The position numbers and the translations under genes were made by a program. From assembly GCA_963744265.1 (NCBI GenBank), contig CAVUSW010000010.1, positions 316,147-380,146 of the forward strand: a stretch of 64,000 nucleotides of DNA. Direction: 5' to 3'. This DNA comes from an uncultured Acidobacteriaceae bacterium. Lineage in GTDB: Bacteria > Acidobacteriota > Terriglobia > Terriglobales > Acidobacteriaceae. Every line of letters starts with the position of its first letter. Within the stretch, counting starts at the first letter, position 1. Under the pieces are notes generated by a model. It was given only the letters and a program-made list of their open reading frames with translations, searched no databases and was not told the origin of the DNA. Shown here in pieces: positions 1 through 9,195 of this stretch.

Positions 1-338
1 TCATTGGGATCCTGCTCTCGATCGCGTACTTGCGTACTCGATCGTTGTGGCTTCCGTGGGGCATTCACTTCGGATGGAATGCGACCCTAGGGTCGATCCT
101 GGGCTTGCCGGTCAGCGGTTTTCGTTTCTTTAACGTATACGCTCGCACCACGGCAACCGGGCCTTGGTGGGTCACTGGCGGCGGTTATGGAGTGGAAGCC
201 AGCGCCGCCTGCGCCTTTGCCATACTTGTTGGAATCCTAATCGTGTGGAAGTTGCCGGTGGAAGAGCTGCCCCAGCCCGTTGCCTTGCTGTCACCGAAAC
301 CTGCTCTGCGCGATAGCCTCTCGCATACCAAGTCGTAG
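1..338 (+). CDS. CPBP-family (CAAX/Abi-like) intramembrane protease, C-terminal fragment; the 5' end lies outside the window
   Basis: The frame is open from the window edge to TAG at 336-338. It encodes hydrophobic helices and GIHFGWN, which matches the third CPBP motif HxxxN. Confidence 0.5.
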   Translation, partial: IGILLSIAYLRTRSLWLPWGIHFGWNATLGSILGLPVSGFRFFNVYARTTATGPWWVTGGGYGVEASAACAFAILVGILIVWKLPVEELPQPVALLSPKPALRDSLSHTKS

Positions 339-391
339 CCTGCATCGGTGGTTGCGATAGGCATATAATCTAGGAAAATCCGGGGTTTCCC

Positions 392-1426
392 ATGAACCGC
401 CTGTGTGTTTCGTTCTTAGCGATGGCTGCTTTGCTGGTTGCCTTACCCATTTCCGCCGACGACACAAAATCGCAAGCCAACTCCCCGTCTGACAAAATGA
501 CGCCGCGCACCCGGTTGGAAGTAATGCGCGATCTGACAGCGGAGCGGGTGTATGTGCGCCATCCATTTCCCATCAGCGAGAAAGGTTTGCAGATCAAGAA
601 CGGGGTGGTCACGCCCACCGACCAGCAGATTGCATCGCTGATCGCCGAGCATGGGCTGGCGGCCAAGCCTGGCGATCGCGTGGTCATCACCAATGTTCTG
701 GTGAAAGAGAAGTCAATCGTGCTGGAAATCAATGGCGGGCCCAAGAAACATGAGAAGTGGTATCAGCACGTTTCCGTTGGCGCTGGCGGATCGACGACTC
801 CCGTGGGGGGCGCTCCCAAGAGCCTGGAAGCCAAGGGATCGGTGCTTACACTCGAGTTCGACAAATATGTTCCCGAACTGACGGGTGAGCAGGTGCGCGA
901 TTTGCTAGGACCGGTTTTCGACTTCAAGGCTCTCACGGAAGCCGAAGCCTACGAGAAAACGTTGCCACCGAAGGTGCGGGATGCGATCAAGAACCATAAC
1001 GTCCTGGTGGGGATGGATCGCGAGATGGTGGTCTATGCCAAGGGACGGGCTCCGAAGAAAATTCGCGACCGCGACGACACGGGAACGGATTACGAAGAAT
1101 GGATCTACGGGACTCCTCCGGAAGAAGTACAGTTTGTGCGCTTCCAGGGTGAACTGGTGACGCGCCTGGAGATCATGACAGTTGATGGTCAGAAGATTGT
1201 GCGCACCGAGAAGGAAGTTGACTTGAAGTCGGCCGAAACGGAAGTGGCTGACAAGAAGCCGGACGAGAAGCCGGCGAACGCTCCCACCCTCCGCCGGCCG
1301 GGCGAGCAACCAGAATACCCGCAAGGCAGTAACCTGCCGCCCACTCCATATCCGGCTCCCGGCACCACGACGCCAACCGACTCGCCCGGAGGAATGCCGC
1401 CTCACTGGAACGTGGCCGGGCTCTGA
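392..1426 (+). CDS. Secreted hypothetical protein with a Pro-rich C-terminus
   Basis: Intact 344 aa ORF with the signal peptide MNRLCVSFLAMAALLVALPISA. TATAAT lies at 364-369 upstream. No recognisable catalytic motif. Confidence 0.6.
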   Translation: MNRLCVSFLAMAALLVALPISADDTKSQANSPSDKMTPRTRLEVMRDLTAERVYVRHPFPISEKGLQIKNGVVTPTDQQIASLIAEHGLAAKPGDRVVITNVLVKEKSIVLEINGGPKKHEKWYQHVSVGAGGSTTPVGGAPKSLEAKGSVLTLEFDKYVPELTGEQVRDLLGPVFDFKALTEAEAYEKTLPPKVRDAIKNHNVLVGMDREMVVYAKGRAPKKIRDRDDTGTDYEEWIYGTPPEEVQFVRFQGELVTRLEIMTVDGQKIVRTEKEVDLKSAETEVADKKPDEKPANAPTLRRPGEQPEYPQGSNLPPTPYPAPGTTTPTDSPGGMPPHWNVAGL

Positions 1427-1435
1427 GTCCTCGAT

Positions 1436-3114
1436 TTGGCGCATCTGACGGTGCGCCTTTACACTGGTAGAGTGAGGATCGCACTCGGTCAGATCAATAC
1501 TGTCGTCGGGGATTTTTCGGGCAATTCGGCAAAGATAATCGAATATGCGCGGCGCGCCAGAAGCGGCGGAGTCGATCTCATCCTCTTTCCGGAACTATCC
1601 GTATGCGGCTATCCGCCACGAGACCTTGTCGAGCGCCCATGGTTCGTGGATCGCAACTGGGAAACGGCGGAAGCGATTGCGCGGGAGACGCAGGGCATTG
1701 CCGTCATCTGTGGTCTGGTGACCCCGGCTAACTCCTCTACCGGCAAATCGGTGCTGAATTCGGCGGCGCTGCTGCGCGAGGGGAAAATTGCCTTCGTGCA
1801 ATCGAAGCGATTGCTGCCTACTTACGATGTGTTCGACGAGATGCGCAACTTTGCGCCGGCCGATCATCAGAAGCTGTTGGCACTTGCCGGCAGTCAGGTG
1901 GCGCTCACGATCTGTGAAGACGCGTGGAACGACAAGCACTTCTGGGACCGCCGGCTGTATGGGGTCGATCCGGTGGAAGATTTGATCGGCGCCGGCGGCA
2001 AGGTTCTGCTTAACATCTCGGCCTCGCCTTTTTACCTGCACAAGCGCGAACTGCGCCGCGACATGCTGGCCGCCATCGCCAGGAATTATCGCGTGCCGGT
2101 CGCGATGGTCAACCAGATCGGCGGCAACGACAGCCTGGTGTTTGATGGTTCCAGCCTGGTCATTGGCCCGGACGGAGAAGTGATCGCGCAGGCCAAGTCG
2201 TTTGAAGAAGACCTGATTTGTTTCGACACGGAGTCATTGACTGGCGATATGCATGTCCGCGACGAAGGAGTGGAGGCCAGCGCCTATGCGGCGTTGGTGC
2301 TGGGTACTCGCGATTACGTCCACAAGTGCGGATTTCTTCAGGTTGTGCTGGGTTTGAGCGGCGGCATCGATTCGGCGCTGACTGCTTGCATTGCTGTCGA
2401 CGCCCTGGGCCGTGAGAATGTGATTGGCGTGGGCATGCCGGGGCCGTACTCGTCTGCAGGGAAGCATCGAGGATGCGGCCCAACTGGCGCGCAATCTGGG
2501 GATTCGCTTCGAGATGGTTCCCATTAGCGATATTTTTGATTCCTACTTGCGTGGACTTAACCCTGTGTTCGCCGGACGGCAGCCCGATGTCACCGAAGAA
2601 AATATTCAGGCGCGTATTCGCGGCTCGCTGATGATGGCCATGTCCAACAAGTTTGGCGCGTTGCTGCTGACGACCGGCAACAAATCGGAGCTTGCGGTGG
2701 GATATTGCACGCTCTACGGCGACATGTGCGGCGGCTGGGGAGTTATCTCCGATGTGCCCAAGACTCTGGTGTACCGCTTGTCTAACTATGTGAATTCGCG
2801 AACGCCCCTGATTCCGCAATCGACTATCGATAAGCCGCCCTCGGCGGAGTTGCGTCCTGATCAGAAAGACAGCGACTCGCTGCCTCCGTACGATGTTCTG
2901 GATACGATCCTGGAAGAATATATTGAGGACAATCACGCTCCCGACGCAATTGCGGCCGCACACGGCTATGATGTCGACCTAGTTCGCAAAGTCGCCTGCA
3001 TGGTGGACCGGAGCGAATACAAGCGGCAACAAGCGGCGCCGGGACCTGAAGATTTCCGAGAAGGCGTTTGGGTTTGGCCGGCGTTATCCAATTGCCGCCA
3101 AGCTGGAGATGTAG
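1436..3114 (+). pseudogene. nadE: Glutamine-dependent NAD+ synthetase, reading frame broken twice
   Basis: N-terminal CN-hydrolase domain followed by the NAD synthase SGGIDS P-loop. The frame moves +1 at the GGG run 2459-2461 (..PYSSAG / [13 protein letters not shown]..). It moves +1 again at the CC near 3045 (..QQAAPG / [22 protein letters not shown]). The restored stop is TAG 3112-3114. An alternative start is GTG 1472. Confidence 0.85.
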
Positions 3115-3120
3115 GGGAGA

Positions 3121-3232
3121 CAGCAATTAGCAACTAGCAACTAGTAACTAGTAGGGAGCACCTAGCAACTAGCTTGAAGCAATCAGCCCCGGGCAGCCTG
3201 CCTCTTAACTCGAGCTAGTTGCTAGTTGCTAC
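3121..3232 (+). repeat. Heptanucleotide array (about 10 units of TAGCAAC type, 3121-3190) plus an inverted two-unit copy (3213-3232) that can form a long stem-loop
   Basis: Units: CAGCAAT TAGCAAC TAGCAAC TAGTAAC TAGTAGG GAGCACC TAGCAAC TAGCTTG AAGCAAT CAGCCCC. TAGCAACTAGCT at 3163-3174 is the exact reverse complement of 3213-3224. Confidence 0.85.
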
Positions 3233-3245
3233 CACGAAAGGAACC

Positions 3246-4178
3246 ATGAATCGTCGCATACTTGTAATGTTGATTGCCGGCCTGGCTGTGCTCAGCATAG
3301 GTTTGGCTGCACAGGACGCCGGCGCAGCCAAGTCGAACGCTCCTGCCAAGACCGCACCTGCCTCTTCCAGTGCTAGCAGCGCTTCACAGCCTAGCGAAGC
3401 TACGTTCAACGAGTTTCTGAAGAAGATGTTTGGCTGGGACACAGAGCTGAGCTGGAAGATCGCCGAAATCAAGCCTTCCGAGGCTTCCGGCATCTCCGAA
3501 GCAACGGTGGTCTTCAGCACACCCAAGGGACAGCAGGTCACACGAATTTACATCACGCCCGACCAGAAGTATGCCTTCACCGGCGAGTTGGTGCCGTTCG
3601 GCGCCGATCCTTTCGCCGCCACGCGTGATCAATTGAAAGCGGCGACTGGTCCGTCGCACGGGCCGCAGGATGCCGCGATCACCATCGTCGAATTTGGCGA
3701 TCTGGAGTGTCCGGCCTGCAAAGCGGCGCAACCTAACATTACCAAGCTGATGCAAGAGGAGCCCAAGGTCAAGCTGGTGTTCCAGAACTATCCGCTGGAG
3801 CAGATCCACAAGTGGGCGCTCACGGCCGCGAAGTATCTGGATTGTCTGGGCCGGGAAAATAACGAGGCGGTGTGGAAGTTTATCGCCACGGTTTACGACC
3901 ATCAATCCGAGATCAACGAACAGAATGTCGATCAGATGCTGAAGGGATACGTGAAGGATTCAGGTGGCGATCCCGATGCGGTTGCGGCCTGTGTTGCCAA
4001 GCCGGACACCGAGAAACGAGTTCGCGACTCGATTGCATTAGCGGAGAAGCTGGATGTGACCAGCACGCCAACTTTCTTCATCAACGGGCGCAGGCTGGTC
4101 GGGTTCTCCAGCACCAGCACACCTTACGATGCGGTCAAATCGATGGTGGATTTCGAGGTTGCCAACCCGGGGAAATAG
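3246..4178 (+). CDS. Exported DsbA-like thioredoxin-fold thiol:disulfide oxidoreductase with an N-terminal extension
   Basis: Signal peptide MNRRILVMLIAGLAVLSIGLAAQ and the CPAC active site within FGDLECPACK. An AAGGA Shine-Dalgarno sequence precedes ATG 3246. The track ORF start at 3219 lies inside the repeat. Confidence 0.75.
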   Translation: MNRRILVMLIAGLAVLSIGLAAQDAGAAKSNAPAKTAPASSSASSASQPSEATFNEFLKKMFGWDTELSWKIAEIKPSEASGISEATVVFSTPKGQQVTRIYITPDQKYAFTGELVPFGADPFAATRDQLKAATGPSHGPQDAAITIVEFGDLECPACKAAQPNITKLMQEEPKVKLVFQNYPLEQIHKWALTAAKYLDCLGRENNEAVWKFIATVYDHQSEINEQNVDQMLKGYVKDSGGDPDAVAACVAKPDTEKRVRDSIALAEKLDVTSTPTFFINGRRLVGFSSTSTPYDAVKSMVDFEVANPGK

Positions 4179-4308
4179 CGCGAAGAGAGATCGGGCGAAA
4201 ATCCCCACCCAGCCCCACCAAGGTTGAATAAGGTACCGTCGGTGATCCCCAGACAGTGTTTCCTGGTTAGTTCAACCGAAGACAAACCTGTGGCACCCGA
4301 GATCTTCT

Positions 4309-6285
4309 CTAGTGGTTTGGAGGCAATTGCACGGCGAAGGAGTTTTGATCTGGCAATCGCAAAACGTGCGGCGTAATTACGATCAGCAACTCATCATCTT
4401 CGACGTTCTTATTGTGAACCGTGCTGGCGTAGGTGAGGCCCGGGACGCGGCCCAGAAATGGGTAACCATTGATGGTGCGGGAATCATCGACGGAAATCAG
4501 ACCGGTGACTACGCTGGACTCGCCATTTTTCGCCGTGATAATGCCGCTATATTCGCGATTATTGATGATGGGGATGCCGTTGTTGGTGGTTGTCCCCAGG
4601 GTGCGAAGCTGCAATTCCAGTTTCATGGTCACATCCTGGTTGGAATGGATGTAGGGCGTCGCTTTCAGGACCAGGCCCAAGTCCTCGAAGTTGAAGGAAG
4701 GAAACGGAGCGATGTAGCTCTGGTTTCCTACTACCTGCGAAATCGCGGCTGAGTTGTAAATTGGGGCGAACGTCGCGTTGATGATGGGATAGCGTTCTCC
4801 AATCTTCATCACGGCAGCGTCATTCTGAGCGGCGCGCAAAGTCACGTGTTCAAGATTGCGGATGTCGGATTCGTTCAAGCTCAAGGTGGGAGTTATCCCC
4901 ACGCTACCGGCATTGAGTCCGAACAGAGTGAGTCCGCCGCCAAAGGTAACGAACGGCGTGGTGAGGAGAGAACTGGTGGTCGAGCCCTGCAATTGACCCA
5001 GCAGCGCACTGATGGCTTGGGAATTGCCCTGGTTGATGCCACCTGAAGAAATCAGCTGATTAATAGCGTTCTGCGCGCTTGCGCCCAGACCCGCGAGAAG
5101 AGCCGGGCTGATATTGAAGAGCGTGAACTGAGTAGGTAAGGCAGTCCCAATCTGTCGCTGCAGGCTGGAACTGATGGCGTACACCCGCATGTCGAGAAGC
5201 ACTTCCGGCCGGCCGGTGGTGAGGCTTTTAATGAGATGATCGGCGGCCTCCAGCACCGGCAATTCGGCGCGAATGGTGATAGCCGATTGCGCCTTGTCCG
5301 GGGAGATGAAGCGGAGATTCAACAGAACGCGCAGCGAGTTCGTCATTTCCGTAAGCTGCTGTTCGGTCAACTCGGGAAGGAAGAACGTACGCAGGCCCAT
5401 GCGTTCGAAGTTGCGATGGTTCTCGACGGTGTCGGCGATGAGTAGTATCTGCTTGGCGGAGAGCGGCACCCAGAATGTCTTGGTCACGGCCATGGCCGCT
5501 TCCATCGCGGTGGCGAAGTTCACGTCTTGAATGTCGAAGAGCACTCGCCGCTGCTGGACTGAATCGTCAAATTGGGCCGTGATGCCATAGGCATGCGCTA
5601 CCTGGGTAAGTAGAGTGCGAGCGTCTCCGCGGAAATGGAAGTCCTGATGCGGCTCCGTGGGCTGCAACTCGATAGGCACGGACTGTTCGACCACGCTCTC
5701 CGCTTGGGTCGAGGTATCTTCCTCGGGTATGGAATCCCGCAGTCGCTGCAGGGCGTAATCGTTGGTGGGATCGTACTCCAGCGCGCGCCGGAATTGTGCC
5801 ATGGCGACAATCTCGTTGCCATTCAGCATTGCCTTGTTACCCTGCTTAAGTGCGTCCATCGCTAATTGTTCGCGAGCGAACTCGCGCGCCGTAATGTAGC
5901 TGACATTGCGTGGATCTAGTTCGGAAGCGCTGGAGAACTTGGCGAAGGCCGCGTCCAGGTTGCCCTTCGATTTCAACTTCAAGCCCACCTTGAACTGCCG
6001 CTTGGCTTCGGCCATCTCCCTGGCGGTGGGAGTTGGAACAGCCGGCATTGCGGTTGCAGCGCCCGGGGAGTTCGGAGTCTGTGGGCCTGTTTTTGATTGC
6101 GAAGTCGTGTCCCCGGCAGCCGCCGGAACAGGATTTTGACTTGGTGCGGGAGCGTTAACCGGCGGTGATGCCGTTTGAGTTGCCGACGTTGGCGGGACGA
6201 CGGCCGGGCTCGGCGCGGGCGGTTGCTGCGCAGCAAGCAAACTCGCCATTGCGAAAATGAGCCAGGTTACAGCGGGAAGACGCAT
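4309..6285 (-). CDS. Secretin (type II/III secretion or type IV pilus family) with an N-terminal TPR region
   Basis: Signal peptide, Pro/Ala-rich linker and TPR-like helices (..GNLDAAFAKFSSASELDPRN.., ..AQFRRALEYDPTNDYA..). The C-terminal secretin signature is NGYPFLGRVPGLTY...ELLIVITPHV. Confidence 0.8.
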   Translation of the reverse strand: MRLPAVTWLIFAMASLLAAQQPPAPSPAVVPPTSATQTASPPVNAPAPSQNPVPAAAGDTTSQSKTGPQTPNSPGAATAMPAVPTPTAREMAEAKRQFKVGLKLKSKGNLDAAFAKFSSASELDPRNVSYITAREFAREQLAMDALKQGNKAMLNGNEIVAMAQFRRALEYDPTNDYALQRLRDSIPEEDTSTQAESVVEQSVPIELQPTEPHQDFHFRGDARTLLTQVAHAYGITAQFDDSVQQRRVLFDIQDVNFATAMEAAMAVTKTFWVPLSAKQILLIADTVENHRNFERMGLRTFFLPELTEQQLTEMTNSLRVLLNLRFISPDKAQSAITIRAELPVLEAADHLIKSLTTGRPEVLLDMRVYAISSSLQRQIGTALPTQFTLFNISPALLAGLGASAQNAINQLISSGGINQGNSQAISALLGQLQGSTTSSLLTTPFVTFGGGLTLFGLNAGSVGITPTLSLNESDIRNLEHVTLRAAQNDAAVMKIGERYPIINATFAPIYNSAAISQVVGNQSYIAPFPSFNFEDLGLVLKATPYIHSNQDVTMKLELQLRTLGTTTNNGIPIINNREYSGIITAKNGESSVVTGLISVDDSRTINGYPFLGRVPGLTYASTVHNKNVEDDELLIVITPHVLRLPDQNSFAVQLPPNH

Positions 6286-6328
6286 GCGTACTGAAATTGT
6301 AAGCCAGTGTAACCGCGGTTGTCGCGTG

Positions 6329-7018
6329 TCAGACCAAAGAGAGTAATTCCGAGCAATTGCCCACGCACAGCGCCGGGGATTGCTTTTTCAGTTCGTCCAT
6401 GGAGAAGACGCCGGTGGCCACAGCAAGCACCGGTGCGCCGAGATGGGCTGCGGCGCGAACATCATTGGGCGTGTCTCCGATGAAGCAGACTGTGGTCTGC
6501 GGACCTCGCAGTTCGCGCGCGAGTGCGGCGCCGTGCCGGAAGATGTCCTCACGTTTCTCGCGCCGATCGTTAAAAGAGCCGAAGTCGAAGAAGTGCCGCA
6601 AGCCGGCGCGCTCCAGCTTGCGCCAGCCGATTCGTTCCAGATTTCCGGTCACAACTCCGATCAGCTTGCCGCGGTGGTGAAGAGTTTCCAGCAGTTCGCG
6701 AATTGATGGACAGACCTCGACATTCATGCGATCGGCGTTTTGTTCCACCTCAGCACACATCAGGTCGAACGCGGCGGGCAGGCGAGCCTCAAAGTCCGAA
6801 GGCATTTTGCTGTGGTAATCCAATGCCGCACGCAGGATCCCGATGTCAGTATTGCCGTGCACTGGAATGTTGTCGATACGTCCTTCGCACCCGTAGACCT
6901 CGCGCAGAGCGGTGTGAAAGGAGTTGTAATGCACTCGGCCGTGAGCGTTCACCAGCGTGCCGTCGATATCGAACAAGTACGCGTCGAAGTTCCACCAATC
7001 GAAAGCGGAAGTGGTCAT
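6329..7018 (-). CDS. HAD-superfamily hydrolase (phosphoglycolate phosphatase-like)
   Basis: Motif I is FDIDGTLV and motif IV is GDTPNDVRAA. Intact 229 aa ORF. Confidence 0.8.
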   Translation of the reverse strand: MTTSAFDWWNFDAYLFDIDGTLVNAHGRVHYNSFHTALREVYGCEGRIDNIPVHGNTDIGILRAALDYHSKMPSDFEARLPAAFDLMCAEVEQNADRMNVEVCPSIRELLETLHHRGKLIGVVTGNLERIGWRKLERAGLRHFFDFGSFNDRREKREDIFRHGAALARELRGPQTTVCFIGDTPNDVRAAAHLGAPVLAVATGVFSMDELKKQSPALCVGNCSELLSLV

Positions 7019-7237
7019 CGTATTCAGTCTATCGGATGAGCAAGTGCGGCAGCGGTCCGGGACCAGCCCAATATTCCAACTGCTGCCTTGGGAAACCCGC
7101 CAGCCCCAATCAAGTTCTAACTATTCAAGAGGAGGCAATGGGGTGTTGACCATGCGGCGGAAAGCTACTCGCCACACGTATTAGTAAACCGGAAGTTGAG
7201 TTTGCAAGCGCGAAACACTTCAGGAAGGAGCCGGAAC

Positions 7238-7681
7238 ATGAACAGGCTATTAGTGCTGGCATCATCCTTATTGTTGGCCGCAGCTCTGGCGGGCGCCCAG
7301 GACACATTGGGCAACGGAACTAAACCGGAGGCGCAGGTTCCAAACTCGCAGGCGACCAGCCAATCTTCAACAGCTCAAAACACCGTGATTCGTGGATGCC
7401 TGAGTGGATCGGCCGGCAATTTCACGCTGACTGATCAAAATGGCATGCAGTACACACTAATCGGTGATGACGGTGTCCTTCAGCCGAAAGTCGGCCATGA
7501 GATCGAGATTACCGGCACGAAAAATTCTGCTGGCGAGGCTAGCGGGAATCAGTCGCAGGAATCGACCGCTCCGGCACCGAACGGGGTTCAGGTCTCCGCT
7601 GTGCGCGATGTCTCCGGCAGTTGCCGGTTGGGACACCAGAGCAGTTCTCAGCCGCTGACTCCGGCACCGCCGGACAAATAG
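7238..7681 (+). CDS. Small secreted hypothetical protein
   Basis: AGGAAGGAG Shine-Dalgarno sequence before ATG 7238. Signal peptide MNRLLVLASSLLLAAALAGAQ. Cys-containing beta-rich core flanked by low-complexity sequence. Confidence 0.55.
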   Translation: MNRLLVLASSLLLAAALAGAQDTLGNGTKPEAQVPNSQATSQSSTAQNTVIRGCLSGSAGNFTLTDQNGMQYTLIGDDGVLQPKVGHEIEITGTKNSAGEASGNQSQESTAPAPNGVQVSAVRDVSGSCRLGHQSSSQPLTPAPPDK

Positions 7682-7925
7682 TCGATTCAGATCGATCCGC
7701 AGCCGGTAAGCAACTTGCAACATCTCGGTCCGTAGTTTCCAACCGGCGCTGCGTCGTAGGATTAGAAGCCGTGGGCAACCCTGAGGATCGCAGATCCCTT
7801 CGCTTCGGTTCGGTCCGGCGGACGGAAGTGTCAATGCAATGCGGTTCGTACCCTGGCATAAACGAGCCGGGCCCGTGTACCTCTTCTTTTGCTGTGCTAC
7901 ACTTCAGCCAAATCGAGGGTCGGGG

Positions 7926-8381
7926 ATGAATACCGTTCTGCGCAAGATGCTGTTTGTGGACCTGATCAAGGGACTGAAAGTCACGTTCCGAAATCAGGAC
8001 CCGAAGAACGTTTATACCGAGCAATATCCGCTGCAACGGCCGCAGGTGGCGGAGCGCTACCGCGGCGCGCCCCGGCTAAACAATCATCCCGAAACCAATG
8101 AGACGCTGTGTATTGCCTGCGACCTGTGCGCACTGGCCTGCCCCGAACGCTTGATTATCGTGGGCAGTGAGCGCAACGAGAAAACCCGCCGCAAGGAGCT
8201 TACGTTTTTCACCTACGATCTGAGCCGCTGCATGTTCTGCGGTCTGTGCGAAGATGCCTGTCCGGTGGACGCGCTTGAGTTGACGCAGGACTTCGAAATG
8301 GCCAACTACACTCGAGAAGGGCTTACCTGGGACCGCGAGACGCTAGAGAAGGGACCTGAGCCCAAAGCTTATCGGCGATAG
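7926..8381 (+). CDS. nuoI: NADH-quinone oxidoreductase subunit I-like 2x[4Fe-4S] ferredoxin, with no other nuo genes nearby
   Basis: Two CxxCxxCxxxCP motifs (CIACDLCALACP, CMFCGLCEDACP) and the NuoI-like N-terminus ..TEQYPLQRP..RYRG. Confidence 0.75.
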   Translation: MNTVLRKMLFVDLIKGLKVTFRNQDPKNVYTEQYPLQRPQVAERYRGAPRLNNHPETNETLCIACDLCALACPERLIIVGSERNEKTRRKELTFFTYDLSRCMFCGLCEDACPVDALELTQDFEMANYTREGLTWDRETLEKGPEPKAYRR

Positions 8382-8418
8382 TGGGCCTGCGGTTGAGTGA
8401 GTTCTTGATTCGCTGCCT

Positions 8419-8549
8419 CCGGCTCCGGTTCAGGCCCGGCAAGGTCTAAACTCCGGAGCCGGCGCAGGGTTCCGCGCGAAAATTTACCATTGGGGAGCTA
8501 AAGCCCAACGTTTGGTTGTTCTTCGTTCGGCACGACTGAAAGTCGTGCC
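8419..8549. other. Two GC-rich stem-loops in the convergent nuoI/CYTH spacer
   Basis: CCGGCTCCGG at 8419-8428 pairs with CCGGAGCCGG at 8453-8462. GGCACGAC-tgaaa-GTCGTGCC lies at 8529-8549. There is no U-tract, so neither is a canonical terminator. Confidence 0.5.
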
Positions 8550-8594
8550 CTGATACAAGACAAACTAACTGCGAGATTATTTTGCTATCCAAGA

Positions 8595-8622
8595 GCCACT
8601 AATCTCTAGCCTCTGGGCTCTG
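8595..8622 (-). repeat. Heptanucleotide array (4 units) overlapping the last codons and the stop codon of the CYTH gene
   Basis: The minus strand reads CAGAGCC CAGAGGC TAGAGAT TAGTGGC. The TAG of the third unit is the CYTH stop codon (8606-8608). Confidence 0.7.
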
Positions 8623-9184
8623 ATTTCCCGCATTCGCGGAATGTCATGTTCTTTGCCTTACTCTTAGTTTTACGTTTCCAATCAAAGAAAAGTTCAACAT
8701 ATGATTTCGTGATGTAGTGCTGGCCGTCGATTCCGAGCGTGCGAGCCGTGCGATCGATCCAGCGCGACTTGCCTTCGATCTCGGCAACGTGGCCGATCGG
8801 AGTGTGGTCCAGTACAACCTGGCCGTCGCCGTCACTCCATTCGGAGCGGAACTTTTCATACACGAACGCTGGCGAAAAGCCCAGAGCGCGCAGTATGGCA
8901 TCCATGGTGTGTCCGTCGGACACCCCGGTCTCGAGTTCGCCGCGCGACTTGTGGCGACCTACTTGTACTTTGGATTTGTGAGTAAGCCTCCAGTTGCCAC
9001 CGTAGTCGCGCAGACGCAGCAGCTCGCCTTTGCGGCGCAACTTTTGTCCGGGCAGATCATAGAGAGTATTGACTTCGTGAGTAGATGGCGTTTCTTCCCG
9101 AAAGCCCAGCTCGCGCAACTTCTTTTCGAGAGCCTTCAGCTCGGGGATAAGGAATTTGATTTCGATTTCTTGAGGAGCGGCCAT
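8606..9184 (-). CDS. CYTH-domain protein (triphosphate tunnel metalloenzyme / class IV adenylate cyclase family)
   Basis: N-terminal EIEIKFLI (ExExK) signature. Intact 192 aa ORF. Confidence 0.8.
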   Translation of the reverse strand: MAAPQEIEIKFLIPELKALEKKLRELGFREETPSTHEVNTLYDLPGQKLRRKGELLRLRDYGGNWRLTHKSKVQVGRHKSRGELETGVSDGHTMDAILRALGFSPAFVYEKFRSEWSDGDGQVVLDHTPIGHVAEIEGKSRWIDRTARTLGIDGQHYITKSYVELFFDWKRKTKSKAKNMTFRECGKSEPRG

Positions 9185-9195
9185 GGGAAAAGTGT

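Noticed and set aside
3121-3232. Heptamer arrays and the 21 bp tandem repeat (42149-42220) as possible CRISPR arrays.
   Set aside because: The units are 7 or 21 bp and directly abutting, with no unique spacers. There are no cas genes in the window.
7138-7184. Tiny ORFs after a strong AGAGGAGG site: MGC* at 7138, and MRRKATRHTY* at 7152-7184.
   Set aside because: They are too short and unconserved-looking to call, and could simply be chance ORFs in the spacer between the HAD gene and the 7238 gene.
7182-7200. A shared 19-mer: TAGTAAACCGGAAGTTGAG at 7182-7200 and TAGTTTACCGGAAGTCGAG at 16177-16195.
   Set aside because: The match is only 16 of 19 between two sites. My back-of-envelope expectation is that matches of this quality arise by chance many times in a 64 kb window, and there is no consistent position relative to genes.
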